Source: an uncultured Isosphaeraceae bacterium (GTDB lineage: Bacteria > Planctomycetota > Planctomycetia > Isosphaerales > Isosphaeraceae). Taken from it: 64,000 nucleotides of DNA. Below, piece after piece: positions 22,137 to 33,700 of the stretch. Location of the stretch: contig CAVZZM010000003.1 of NCBI GenBank assembly GCA_963779675.1, forward strand, positions 1 to 64,000, in the 5' to 3' direction. Position numbers and translations under genes: made by a program. How positions within the stretch are numbered: the stretch's first letter is position 1; each line of letters starts with the position of its first letter. The notes below the pieces were generated by a model. The model was given only the letters and a program-made list of their open reading frames with translations. It had not been told where the DNA came from and ran no database searches.

Positions 22137-23075
22137 GAGGCGGTCGGCCGCTTGCGCTGGCGCTCGGGGCTGGCCGCCATCGTGTACGTGGCGACCGGCA
22201 TCGCGGTGGTCGAGCAGGACGAGGTCGGCGTCGTCCGCCGCTTCGGTGCCGTGCGATGCCGAGCCGTGGGCGCCGGGCCTGCACTTCGGCCTGCCCTGGG
22301 GGCTGGACCGGCTCGACCGCGTGAAGGTCGGCCAGACCCGCACCCTGACCGTCGGCGCCGCCGGTTCGGCGGCCGCGCCGCTCTCCCGGGCGCCCGACCC
22401 CGGCGCCGACGAGGTGCTGACCGGCGACCTGAACCTCGTCACCGCGCAGGCGACCCTCCAGTACCGCGTGGCCGACCCGACGGCCTACCTGTTCGCCGCC
22501 GCCCGCGCCGACGCGGCGCTGGCCCGCGCCACCGAGGCCGCCCTGGCCCGCGCCGTGGCCGCCCGGGGCGTCGACGACGTGCTGACGACCGGCCGGGCCG
22601 AGGTCGCCGACCGGATGGCCGCGGCGATCCAGGAGCAGGCGGACCGGCTCGGCCTGGGCGTCTCCGTCCGCGCCGTGCGGCTGGGCCGGGTCGCCCCGCC
22701 AGGCCCCGGTCGCCGATGCCTTCGCCGACGCCGCCCGCGCCCGCAGCGACCGCCGGCAGCTCGTCACCGCCGCCGAGGAGTACCAGGACCGCGCCCGGGC
22801 CGACGCCTCCGGCCGTGCCCGCGAAATCGCCGACCAGGCCACCGCGACGCACGACCGCGCCATCGAGGTCGCCCGCGGCGAGGCCGACCGCTTCGCCAGC
22901 GTCCTCGCCGAGGCCCGCAAGGCCCCCGACGCCACCCGCCGCCGCCTCTACCTCGAAAGCCTCGCCATGCTCTGGCCCCGCTTCACCCGCAAGGTCGTCG
23001 TCGCGCCGGGCGAGGAGGTGGACCTGGGGTTGTTCACCGGGGAAGGCGCGGGCGGAAGCCAGTCATCGCCTTGAT
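22137..23075 (+). CDS. Third SPFH/band-7 protein (HflK-like), with frameshifts
   Basis: LAAIVYVATGIAVVEQDEVGVVRRFGAV; then APGLHFGLPWGLDRLDRVKV ... DLNLVTAQATLQYRVADP; then EYQDRARADASGRAREIADQA ... RRRLYLESLAMLWPRFTRKVVV. Confidence 0.6.
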
Positions 23076-23112
23076 CCCTATGGATCGGAGTGCAAATGAG
23101 GTTGTTTCTGAT

Positions 23113-23746
23113 ATGAAACGCATTCTGGCCGGTCTATTGACGGCGGTGGTGATGGGGTTGCTCCTGTGGTCGGGGCTGCGGCGGTCGAACACGGAAATCG
23201 CCGGCACGGCCGATGGATCGAGCGCCGGAACGGGCGAGCGATGCATCGACGGTGGGCGATCCGTTCCAGGCCCCTGATCCGTATGCCGGAGCGGAGGCTC
23301 GAGTTCGCACGCTGCTGGACGACGCCTCCGACGGCGACATTGACGCCTATCTCGACGCCTTCTCGGGGCGGCTGCGTGCCCGGCTTGAACGCGAGATCGC
23401 CGAGACGGGTCCGCGCGGCCTTCGCCGAGGATCTGCGCAAGGCCGCCGCGACGCGCAAGGGCCGCGCCGTGTTCGCCCCGCAGGCCGACGGTCCCGACGC
23501 CGCGCGCGGGTCGTCGTCGAGACGGTCTACCCCGACCGCAACGAGCGGCAGACGTTCCGGGTCGAGCGTGCGTCGGCAGACGACACCTGGCGGGTCGCCG
23601 ATGTGGAACTCGTCCGAACCCATCAACCGAAGGCGAAGTATGGCAGCCTGGCGACCTTCGGCGGTCCCGAAGGCGTGCCCGTCCCCACCGAGCCCGGCGC
23701 GTCCGCCGGTCCGGCCGCGGCAACCGCCCCGCCCGAGACTCCGTAA
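23113..23746 (+). CDS. Hypothetical membrane-anchored protein, probably frameshifted
   Basis: Single N-terminal TM segment in MKRILAGLLTAVVMGLLLWSGL. The body of the protein reads in frame 2. Confidence 0.35.
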
Positions 23747-24015
23747 CCCAGGGCGACGGCGGGCGACTGGCCGACGTTCGCGTCCTGGAATCGGGGACGG
23801 AAAGTTCTCCCCGGCGACCGCCTGAATGCTGGACTTGTCGCCGTCGAGCCGGTACGTTCCCACTATCCCCCTGAGTCCCACAGGGCCGATGGCAGGCAGA
23901 TGACGGATTCGCAACGGGCGACCGGAATCCGTTATCCGTCACGTTCCATCGTCCTGGATGGGCTCAATCGAACAGCCCTCGTGCGATCCCCCCTTCGAAC
24001 CCGGGAGAACCGCCC

Positions 24016-27000
24016 ATGCGCAAGCCCCTCGCCATCGGCTTCGCCGTGATCGGGTTGCTTGGCCTCTCGTCCGTCTGGGCCTGGCCTCGTCCCCAGCGGG
24101 CGGAGCAGGACGCCGCGCAGGCCGGCCACCAAGACCGCCCAGCGCCGCTCGACACGAAGGAGACGACCGTCCGGGTCTTGCTGGGCGTCGGCGACGCGGA
24201 GCCGACCCCCTGGGACGGCAAGGTGTCGGTGGGCCAGGGCCAGGTCGCCGGGGTCGAGGGCTGGCGGTTCCGCGCCGGGGATGTCGTCAACGGCCCCGAG
24301 GAATGGAAGGCCGCCAGCCTGACGATCCGCACCGCCGCGCGGCGGGCGGCCCTGAAGAAGGCCGCGCAACGAGGAGAAGGGCGGGCCGAGCAACACGCGG
24401 CGCGGGCGATGACCCCGAACGGCGTGGTCGTCCGGCTGAACGCCCCCGACGGCGACGCCCTGACCCTGGACACGGCGCAGGGCAAGGCGACGATCCCCCT
24501 CGCCGATCTGGCATCCGGGAGCCCCAGGAGTGCCCTGGACGGCCGCGTCGAAGCCCGGCTCGTGCCGCCCTACGCACCGATCGCCACGAACGAGTTCCAG
24601 GAGGACTTCCCCGCCGCCGCTCCCGACGGCAAAGGCGGGGCCTGGGTGGCGTACGTCGAGCACCGGCCCCGCGGTACGGAGGTTTCCGAGGCGCTGACCG
24701 AGGTCCCCAAGAGCTTCAAGAAGCGGTTTGTTCCCGAGGGGGGAGGGGACCAGATCAAGCTCGTCCACTTCAAGATGGAGATGGGCCGGGGCCAGGTCGA
24801 CCGCACCATCGACGTGACCGAGGCCGGCCTCGACGTCTGGCGCCCGGCGGTGGAGCGGGACGGCGAGGGCCGCGTGGTCGTCGTCTGGTCCGAGCAGGTG
24901 GAGGGCAACTGGGACATCTACGCGCGATACTACGACCCCGAAAACGGGACGTGGTCCGACCGGCTCCGCCTGACCGAACAGCCTGGCACCGATTGCCACG
25001 CCGTGCTGACGACCTACGGTGACAGCGTCTGGATGGCCTGGCAGAGCTGGGTCGAGGGCCAGGCCGATATCTACGCCTCCTCGGTCCGGACGCCCGGGGC
25101 CACCGCCAAGATCGTCCCGTACCGGATCTCGAACACCGACGAGGCGAACGAGTGGTCGCCGGCCATCGCGCCCGGCGACGGCGCGATCTTCGTCGCCTAC
25201 GATACCTATGAGGCCGGCAATTATGATGTGAAACTCACGTCAATCGGCGTCGCGAACGCGCCGAACCTGTTCAAGACCGTGACCGTGGCCGGCTCGACGA
25301 AGTACGAGGCCCGGCCCAGCATCGCGGTCGATAACCGGAACCGGGTGTGGGTCGCCTACGAGGAGCGGACCGAGAACTGGGGCAAGGATTTCGGCAACAT
25401 CCCCGAGGCCGGCACCGCGCTGTATCAGGGGAGCGCCGTTCGGGTGCGTTGCATCGATGGAGGGACACGTCTCGACGCGGGCGACCCGGTCGCTGCGGCG
25501 TGCCGCGCCAGAGGTTCCGAGGAGCTCCACCGGGATCGCCGACGCGCCGAACCTCGGCGAGCGGGTGATGAACTCCGCCCCCCGGATCGCGCTCGACCAT
25601 ACCGGGCGGCCCCGTTTGCTGTTCCGACACCGGCAGGAGGCCATCTGGGGAGGCAACACGGTGATGGTTGTCGGCGGCGTGTGGGTCGAGTACGCGACGA
25701 CGCTCGTCGGCACGAACTGGACACCGCCCCGTCCGCTGCCCCGTAGCGACGGCCTGCTCGACAATCGCCCGGCGATGGTCGCCACGCCCGACGCCGGGGT
25801 GCTGGTCTTCTACAACGGCGACGGTCGCTTGCACCGGGAGCTCGAAGTTCACCACCCGACCTGCGACGGCGGTTTTACACCCACTCGGGCACCCCGCCCG
25901 GGGTGGTCAACAACGACCTGTTCGTCGCCGCCCTGGCCGATGCCGACGACTTCAACGGTCAGCCCGAGGCCGAGCCCGGCGCCCGGTCGAGATCGACACC
26001 GAGGGCCCCCGCCGACGCACCCGAACGAAGCCGAGGACGTCGCCCGCGTGCGGCGGCACCGGATCAATGCGGGAGGCAAGACCTACCAGCTTCTCAAGGG
26101 CGAGTTCCACCGCCATACCGAGATCAGCCAGGACGGCGGCAACGACGGGATGCTCGAGGACATGTGGCGGTACGCGCTCGACGCCGGCCGGCTCGACTGG
26201 ATCGGCAACGGCGACCACGACAACGGCGGCGGCAAGGAGTACACCTGGTGGCTCGTCCAGAAGACCACCGACCTGTACCACAACCCGCCGGCGTTCGTCC
26301 CGATGTTCACCTATGAGCGCAGCGTCAGCTACCCCGGCGGCCACCGCAACGTGATGTTCCCCTATCGGGGCGTCCGGACCCTCCCCCGTCTCGTGGACGA
26401 TCGCAACGTGATGACCGACGTGAACGGCCGCGACCTCGACGCCGCGATGCTCTACAAGTACCTCAACGAACTGGGCGGCATCTGCGCCGCGCACTCCAGC
26501 GGCACCGGCATGGGCACCGACTGGCGGCAGAACGACCCGAAGGCCGAGCCGTTCGTCGAGATCTATCAGGGTATTCGCAATTCTTACGAGCACTTCGGCG
26601 CCCCCAGGGTGGCGCATGACCCGGGCGATGCCGTCGGCGGCTGGCGGCCCCTCGGCATGGTCTGGAACGCGCTGGCGATGCAGTACAAGCTCGCGTTCCA
26701 GTCGTCCAGCGACCACGTCTCCACGCACATCAGCTTCGGCATGGCCATCGCCGAGGAACCGACGAGGCAGGCGATCTTCGACGCCTTCTACGAAGCGGCA
26801 CTGTTACGCCGCGACCGACAACATCGTGCTCGACGTCCGCTGCGGCGACCACCTGATGGGGGACGAGTTCGACGCCGACGGCCCGGTGGCCCTCAAGGTC
26901 TTCGCCCACGGCACCGGCCCGATCGACCGGGTGGACATCATCAAGGATTTCCACTACGTCTATTCCGCCGAGCCGAAGTCCGAGCAGGTCGAGTTCACCT

Positions 27001-27134
27001 GGACCGACGAGGAGGACGTCAACCGCAACCCGAGCTGGTACTACGTCCGCATCCTCCAGGAGGATGGCCAGATCGCCTGGGGCAGCCCGATGTGGGTCCA
27101 CGCCCGCCCCGACCGGGGCACCACCGGCGAGTGA
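24016..27134 (+). CDS. Large secreted protein: N-terminal BNR/Asp-box-like beta-propeller repeats and a C-terminal PHP-like metal-dependent phosphoesterase-like domain. At least three frameshifts
   Basis: Signal peptide MRKPLAIGFAVIGLLGLSSVWA. Repeats VWMAWQSW, VWVAYEERTENWGKDF and AWVAYVEHR. FHRHTEISQDGGNDG...WIGNGDHDN resembles the PHP HxH...D...DHD metal site. Confidence 0.45.
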
Positions 27135-27368
27135 GGGCGCCTCTCGACCAACCCCTTGACTCCTGATCCTCACCGAGGCTCGCAGGGCCGAGGTCAGATT
27201 CGCAGTTGCCGATCGCTTTTCTCGGTCATTGGTCATTGGCCCTCGGTCATTGGTCCTCGGTTCTGTTCTATTGTCCTGACCGGATTCAACGGGGAACGGG
27301 AGTCAGGGGACGGGGGATGAGCACGTCCCTCGGGAAGAGTCCCGGTTCCAGGACTGCGGGGCACATTC

Positions 27369-28286
27369 GTGGCGGCGGTTCCCGACGGGTTGAAGCGGGC
27401 GTTGTTGCCGTTCTGGAACGGCGGTCACCGGCTGGCGTGGCGGGTCGGCGAATACCTCGACGCTGTGCGTCGGCGCCGGTTCACGCGGTGTGATGTCTGC
27501 GGACGATTCGGGCCAATGCTCTACCGGCGCTGGGTCGTTCCACCAAAGTTGGAAGAACTCTGGGGCCTGTCGCCCCGCGTGGCCGACGCGCTGGCTCGCA
27601 AGGAGTCGAGCAACTGCTTCGCCTGCGGCGCGAAGCTGCGGGCCCGTCGCCTGGCGCGGGCCTTGCTCGATCGGTACCCGGTCGGCGACCCCCCCACGCC
27701 GGCCCGCTCGGTGCGCGCCTGGGTCCGGTCGCCCGAGGCGCCGCGCCCTGAGCATCGCCGAGATCAACCGGGTCGATGGCCTGCACGACGTCCTGGCCCG
27801 CCTGCCGGGCCTGAGCGTACTCCGAGTTTCTTGAGGACGCGGCGCCCGGAGCGACCGTCCACGGTGTCCGTTGCGAGAACCTGACCCAACTGACCTATCC
27901 CGATGAGTCCTTCGATCTCGTCCTGACGTCCGAGTCCCTGGAGCACGTCCCGGACCTCGAACGCCGCGCTCGCTGAGATCGGCCGCATCCTGGCGCCGGG
28001 AGGTCGGCACCTGTTCACGATCCCCCAGATGCCTGGCGTCCCCCGGACCTTCCCCCGCGCGTTGGTCCGTCCCGACGGTTCCATCGAGTACCGGGCCACG
28101 ACCATCCGTCACCCCGGCGGCGACGTCGGATACCTCGTCTTCACCGAATTCGGCGCCGACGTCTCGGCGATCCTGGAGCACGCCGGCTTCGAGGTCGAGG
28201 TCGGCTTCGGCCCCACGACCGAGGACGATCTCGCCCAGGTCTACGACTGCCGAAAACCTCTCTCGCGAACGCGACTCGAGCCCTGA
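27369..28286 (+). CDS. Class I SAM-dependent methyltransferase with an N-terminal Cys4 zinc-ribbon-like motif. Frameshifted
   Basis: CDVCGRF...CFACGA; the second half reads DLVLTSESLEHVPD ... LAEIGRILAPGGRHLF. Confidence 0.55.
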
Positions 28287-28287
28287 G

Positions 28288-28419
28288 AACGTGTGTGAGA
28301 AGGTTTTTGTAGGGTGGGTGGAGCGACAGCGGAACCCACCGATTCAGACATCTGAACGGTGGGTTCCGCTGTCGCTCCACCCACCCTACGCCGAATCAAA
28401 CAGATCTCACACACGTTCT
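28288..28419. repeat. Composite palindromic element: 14-bp terminal inverted repeats GAACGTGTGTGAGA enclosing a roughly 33-bp near-perfect inverted repeat
   Basis: The outer pair is gaacgtgtgtgaga...tctcacacacgttc. The inner pair is tagggtgggtggagcgacagcggaacccaccg...cggtgggttccgctgtcgctccacccaccctac. It sits between convergent genes. Confidence 0.7.
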
Positions 28420-28481
28420 GAGTCGAACGCCGACGGCGTTTCGACCCGGGGCTCGCGGAGGCACCAACTCAGTTCGGGGCG

Positions 28482-29474
28482 TCAGGGCGTGGTGGTCGGC
28501 GGGGAGAGGGGCGGGAGTTCCTGGGGGGCCTGGATCGGCGTGTTGAGCGGGACCGGTGCCGGGATCGGGGCGGCGGGAGCATGAGCGGCGCCGCCGGTCT
28601 CCGTGCCGCCGAGGATTGCCCCGGCCGTGCCGAGTGCCCTTCCCGCGCGGCCGAGGATGTTGCCGACGCGGCCGGCGGCCCGGTCGGCGTGTTGACCGGC
28701 TTGCTGCTCGAAGGCACCCACGGTCGCATCGGCGGTGCCGGCAGCCTGCCGGGGCAGCCCGTTGACCGCCGCGCCGACGCGCGACTCGACCTCACCGACG
28801 ATCGAGCCCGCCTGCTGCGGGAGCGTGTCGGCCCGCCGCTGGACATCTTGCATGACCGCGCCGGCCTGTTGCTTCAGTGTGTCGAACTGTTGCCGGACGG
28901 CCTGCGCGTCTCCCTGAATCCCGCGTAGCGTCGCGTCGGCCTGCCCGCGCAGGTCGTCGGCCTGTCCGCGCAGGTCGTCGGCCTGCTGCTGGACACCCGT
29001 GACGATGCCCTGCGCGTCCTGCTGGATCGCCTCGACTCGCTCCTGGCCGCGGGCCTGGATCTGCTCGGCGGTCGTGTTGATCGCGCCGACCTTCTCGGTG
29101 GCCTTCGCCTCGACGGCGTCAATGGACTTCTCGATCCGGCCCACCTTCTCGACGGCCTGGTCAGGATAAACCGACAGGCGCGACTCCAGTTTGTCGAGGT
29201 GCGTTTCGGCCTGCGTGGCCAGTTTGTCGATCGTCTCGCCGACCGCGCCGGTGGCCTCGTCGAGCCGCTCGCCGGCCTTCGTCGCGGCGTAGTCGGTCTC
29301 GGGCGAGTCGGCATCCCGGGTGAACTCGGGATCGTCGAAGTCGAAGGCGAGTCGCTGCGGTGTCTCGGCACGCGGACGGGCGGCGACGTCCTCATCCTGG
29401 CTTCCACAGCCGGCCAGCATCATCCCGGCCGCGACGGTCACGGCAAGGCCCACGTGTCCTCGCGTCTGCATCAT
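28482..29474 (-). CDS. Lipoprotein with apolipoprotein-like coiled-coil repeats
   Basis: MMQTRGHVGLAVTVAAGMMLAGC lipobox, followed by repeated QADDLRGQAD and QQ..... heptad-like segments. Confidence 0.6.
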   Translation of the reverse strand: MMQTRGHVGLAVTVAAGMMLAGCGSQDEDVAARPRAETPQRLAFDFDDPEFTRDADSPETDYAATKAGERLDEATGAVGETIDKLATQAETHLDKLESRLSVYPDQAVEKVGRIEKSIDAVEAKATEKVGAINTTAEQIQARGQERVEAIQQDAQGIVTGVQQQADDLRGQADDLRGQADATLRGIQGDAQAVRQQFDTLKQQAGAVMQDVQRRADTLPQQAGSIVGEVESRVGAAVNGLPRQAAGTADATVGAFEQQAGQHADRAAGRVGNILGRAGRALGTAGAILGGTETGGAAHAPAAPIPAPVPLNTPIQAPQELPPLSPPTTTP

Positions 29475-29585
29475 GCCTGCTCCTGGTCCCGTCGAGTCGA
29501 GCCGAGGGGATCGTGCCGACGTGCGGCCGGCGGTGGGCGGTTGCCGCGACCCGCCGGCGCCTCGACTCGTCGATGGTGGGCGATC

Positions 29586-30398
29586 TCAGGGCCGGCTTCC
29601 GTCCCGGCCCTCGTGCGGCGGCACGTTACCCGCGACCGCCGGTTCGGGCAAGGGCGCCTTGACTGCCGTCCGACTCGATTCGATCAACGACGGCGGCTCG
29701 ACGACGATCGGGAACCGGCGCGCCGCCTCGGCCGCCGCGGCAAGCTCGGCGCGGGGACCGGGGAGGAGGGCGGGGGGGATGTCATTCGCGTCCGGTTCGT
29801 CGGCCGGGTCGCCCGATCGGTAGTCACGCTCCACCCAGCGCCGGAACCGCTCCGGGGTGTGGGTCAGGGCCCGCGCCTGGAGCCAGGCCGCGTATTCGTC
29901 GAGGGGCTCGTGAAGCCGCTCGGGGCCGAACAACGGGACGTGGCCGTACCAGATCGAGAAGGCGTTCTGAGAGCGGCCGGGAGGTCGCCCGAGAACGGAA
30001 AGCGCGTAGACGGCCGAGACCAGCCCGGTCCGGTCGGCCCCCGACTTGCAGTGAACGAGCAGTGGGTACTCGCAACGCTCGAACAGGTCGAGCAGCACGA
30101 GCAGCTCGCGACGGGTCGGCCGCCGCCCGGCGCTGAGGGGCAGGTCGTAGAAATCGACATCGTGATCGCGGCAGTCGCGTACCTCGTCCGCATACCACCA
30201 GTCGCTCGGCGACCCGCCGCGCAGGTTCAGGACCGAGGCCAGGCCCCGCTCTCGGATGGTGGCATCAAGGTCGCCCTTCGGCTGGGCGCTGCGGTAGAGC
30301 CGCCCCGCATCGACGATCCCGAAGTTGTTGAAGAAGAAAAAGCGGTGGAACGTCCCGGCAAGTCCGGCCATCAGCGCCGCCGCGATCGCCAGTCGCAC
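29586..30398 (-). CDS. Membrane-anchored protein tyrosine/dual-specificity phosphatase
   Basis: HCKSGADRTG is the CX5R P-loop. An N-terminal hydrophobic anchor is present. Confidence 0.65.
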   Translation of the reverse strand: MRLAIAAALMAGLAGTFHRFFFFNNFGIVDAGRLYRSAQPKGDLDATIRERGLASVLNLRGGSPSDWWYADEVRDCRDHDVDFYDLPLSAGRRPTRRELLVLLDLFERCEYPLLVHCKSGADRTGLVSAVYALSVLGRPPGRSQNAFSIWYGHVPLFGPERLHEPLDEYAAWLQARALTHTPERFRRWVERDYRSGDPADEPDANDIPPALLPGPRAELAAAAEAARRFPIVVEPPSLIESSRTAVKAPLPEPAVAGNVPPHEGRDGSRP

Positions 30399-30574
30399 GA
30401 TCCGCCATTTCCGCCGCCGTTGCCGACGGCTCGCCTCATCCCGGCGTGCACGGGCGACTCCTTCCGCTGAACCCCATCCCCGACCCCCGACACGAAGTCG
30501 TCAATCTAGCCGCTGGTCAACCCCGGTCAACCCCGGTTCGATCTTGAGGTCCCATGAAAAAATCGTAAATTCAG

Positions 30575-30601
30575 GACTTGTAGGTCAGGCTTCATCCTGA
30601 C
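30575..30601. repeat. REP-like hairpin element, copy A
   Basis: gacttgtaggtcaggcttcatcctgac is the reverse complement (one mismatch) of the element at 37404-37430. Confidence 0.5.
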
Positions 30602-30728
30602 GGATTCACTGAGGCCGGGCCGACACGAGGGCCCGGGACGGGGCAAGTTCCCCGTCCCGGGCCACTCGGAAGTGACGAAGTTGCGGACGTTCGCAAGTGG
30701 GGCGGTCAAAACGCCGCCCCCACACGGG

Positions 30729-33700
30729 TTACTTCCTGAGGGCCAGCCGGTTCCAGAGTTGCAGGCCCGGACGCGGCTGCGTGGGGGTCGAGACCGGCGG
30801 GGTGGCGTACAACGGCAGCGCCGGGATGGCGATGCCCGGCGGCAGGCCGGTACCGCGGAAGTTCGCCATCGGCAGGCCGATGTTCGCCGTCAGTTGCTGT
30901 CCCGAGAGCGACGGCATCGCCAGCACCTCGAAGTTCGTCGACGAGCACGCCGGCTCGTCCGGCGAGGACGGGTCCAGGATCGCCCCGTAGTGGTGCAGGA
31001 CGTTCTGACCGCCATCGAGCGCCCCCAGGTCGGAGAAGCCGCGCGGGCCGTTGCCCCGGTTGAAGTGGTTGAAGGCGATGTCGTTGCCGTCGCCCGCGAG
31101 CAGGTTCTCGCGGAAACGGTCGTCGCCGGCATCGATCACGTTCTGGCCGTTGCCGGCGTCAACCTGGTCGAAGCCGTCGCCACCCAGGACCACGTCGTCA
31201 CCGTCGCTCGGGCCGGGCGGGACCGCCGTGTGGACTTCCCGGAAGATACCGTTGCCGCCGTGGACGCGGTCGTTCCCGGCGTTGCCGAGGACCGAGTCGT
31301 TGCCGAAGCCGCCGATGACGAGGTCGTCGCCGAGCTGGCCGAACAGGTAGTCGTTGCCGTCGGAGCCCAGCAGCGTGTCGTTGCCCTGGTTGCCGAAGCC
31401 GTAGTCGTTGCCGGCCCCGCCGTCGATCAGGTCGTTGCCGAGCCCGCCGAAGAGGGTGTCGTTGCCGTCGCCGCCATCGATCAGGTCGTCCTCGGAACCG
31501 CCCATGGCCAGGTCGGCCCCCTCGTTGCCGAGGAGGGTATCATCGCCCCCTTCGCCGCAGAGGGTGTCGTTGCCCGTGCCGCCCACGACCAGGTCGGTCC
31601 CGGCGCCACCGAACAGGGAATCGTTGCCGGCCTTGCCGAACAGGAGGTCGAACCCGGCCTGGCCGAGGAGGGTGTCGTTGCCGTCACCGCCATCGAGCGT
31701 GTCGTTGCCGACGTCCGCCGGGTTGAACGAATCGCCGAGGATCAGGTCGTTGCCGGTCCCGCCCAGGGCGCTGTCGTTGCCGGCCCCGCCCAGCATCCGG
31801 TCGTTGCCGGCCTCACCGTCGATCCGGTCGTTGCCGGCGCCCCCGTCGAGGGCGTCGTCGCCGGCCCCGCCCAGCAGCGTGTCGTTGCCGGCCTGGCCGT
31901 ACATCGTGTCGTCGCCGACGTCGCCGAACAGCACGTCATTGCCGGCGCCGCCGTCGATCAGGTCGAGGCCGTCCCCGCCGTGAACCGTGTCGTTGCCGAG
32001 CCCGCCGAAGAGGGTGTCGTTGCCGATTCCCCCGTTCACCCGGTCCTCGCCGGCGTCGCCGAACAGGAGGTCGGTCCCGGCGTCGCCGTTCAGGGTGTCG
32101 TTGCCGTCGCCACCGAGGAGGATGTCGAACCCGTCGCCGCCGTTCAGCGAGTCGTCGCCGGCCTCGCCATAGAGCGTATCGTTGCCGTTGCCGCCGGCAA
32201 CCGTGTCGTCGCCCGCGGACCCGAAGAGTTGGTCGTTGCCGTCGCCGCCGTCGATCGAGTCGTTCCCCGATCCACCGACGACATAGTCGTTGCCGGTGCC
32301 GCCGTTGAGGGCATCGTCCCCCTCGCCCCCGAGGACGGTGTCGTTGCCCGCGCCGCCGGAGAGCGAGTCATCCCCCGCGAGGCCGATGATGATGTTGTTG
32401 CCGGCGCCGCCGGTGATCGTGTCGTTATCGGCGTCGCCGATCAGGACGTTGTTCCCCTCGTCGCCGGTGATGACGTCGCGGCCGGTGCCGCCCCGGACCG
32501 TGTCATTACCGGCACCGGGGTTGATCGTGTCATCCCCCGCCTGGCCCAGAATCCGGTCGTCGCCGTCCTCGCCGTTGAGCGAGTCGTCCCCCTCACCGCC
32601 GAAGAGGGTGTCGTTATCGCCCCCGCCCCGGATCGTGTCGTTGCCGGCGTCGCCGAAGAGGATGTTGGCGCAATCCAGGCCGATCAGGGTGTCGTCGCCG
32701 TCGCCGCCGTGGAGCGTGCCGTCGGCGCGAGAGGAAGTCGTCGCCGCCATCGCCGAAGAGCATCAGGCCGATGGTGTCCTCGACGCCGTTGTCGGCGTCG
32801 ATCCGGTCGTTGCCGGAGTTGCCGTTGACGACCAGGATGTCGTCGTCCGGCCCGGCGGGGCAGGTGGCGCAGGCGTTGGCGATGAAGGTGTGAGGCACGG
32901 AGCCGTTGACCTCGACGACGCCGGCAGCGACGGAGATGCCGATGTCGTCGCCGACGTTAGGTGCCGTTGAGTCACGGCTAGGTCGCGCACCGCGTCGACC
33001 CCAGGTCGAGGTCGAGGGTGCGAACATTGGTGTCGTCCAGCGGGTTGACGGTGACGAGGTCCGCGCCGGCCATCGCGTCGACGCCCAGAACCTCGACGGT
33101 CGTCATCAGCACGCTCAGTCCGGTCAGCGTGTTGGTGATCCGGACACCGCCGCGGTCGAGTGGGTCGGGGCCGACGGTGATGTTGTCGTCGGCGTTGGTC
33201 CCGTCGACATCAAGGATGTCCACCCCCTCGTTGCCCTCGACGAGCAGGTTGTCGTAGGGGGTCGTCGACCCGATGACGAACTGGTCGTCACCCCCGAGCC
33301 CATAGAGCAGCAGGTCGGCAACGCCCGGGGTCTCGATCGTGGTGTCGAAGCCCGGCGTGTCGAGCAGGACGTTGCCGGCGGTGGTCACCCGGAACAGGTC
33401 GTCCAGGCCCGAGCCCTCCAGGTTCAGGGTGTCGTCCTGAATGCCCGCGTCGTCGAGGAACGCCAGCGTGCCGGTGATCGGCGCCACACCCGCGTTCGCG
33501 ACGGTCAGCGGCACCAGGCCGTTGACCAGGACCCGCGCCCTCGTTGACGACCGACGGTGGCGTCACCGGCCCCGGCGTGACCCGGATCTCGTCCGGCCCG
33601 GCCGGCGTGATCACCTCCACCCGATCCGGCGCCCCCTGGCCGTCGATGCGGACCAGTTCGGTCGTCGTGAAGTTCACGATCGGCGCACCGACCAGCAGCA

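Noticed and set aside
30672-32828. 718-aa + strand ORF overlapping the RTX repeat region
   Set aside because: It is the mirror translation (VVAG/AVAG) of the GGxGxD repeats on the opposite strand, so it is an artefact
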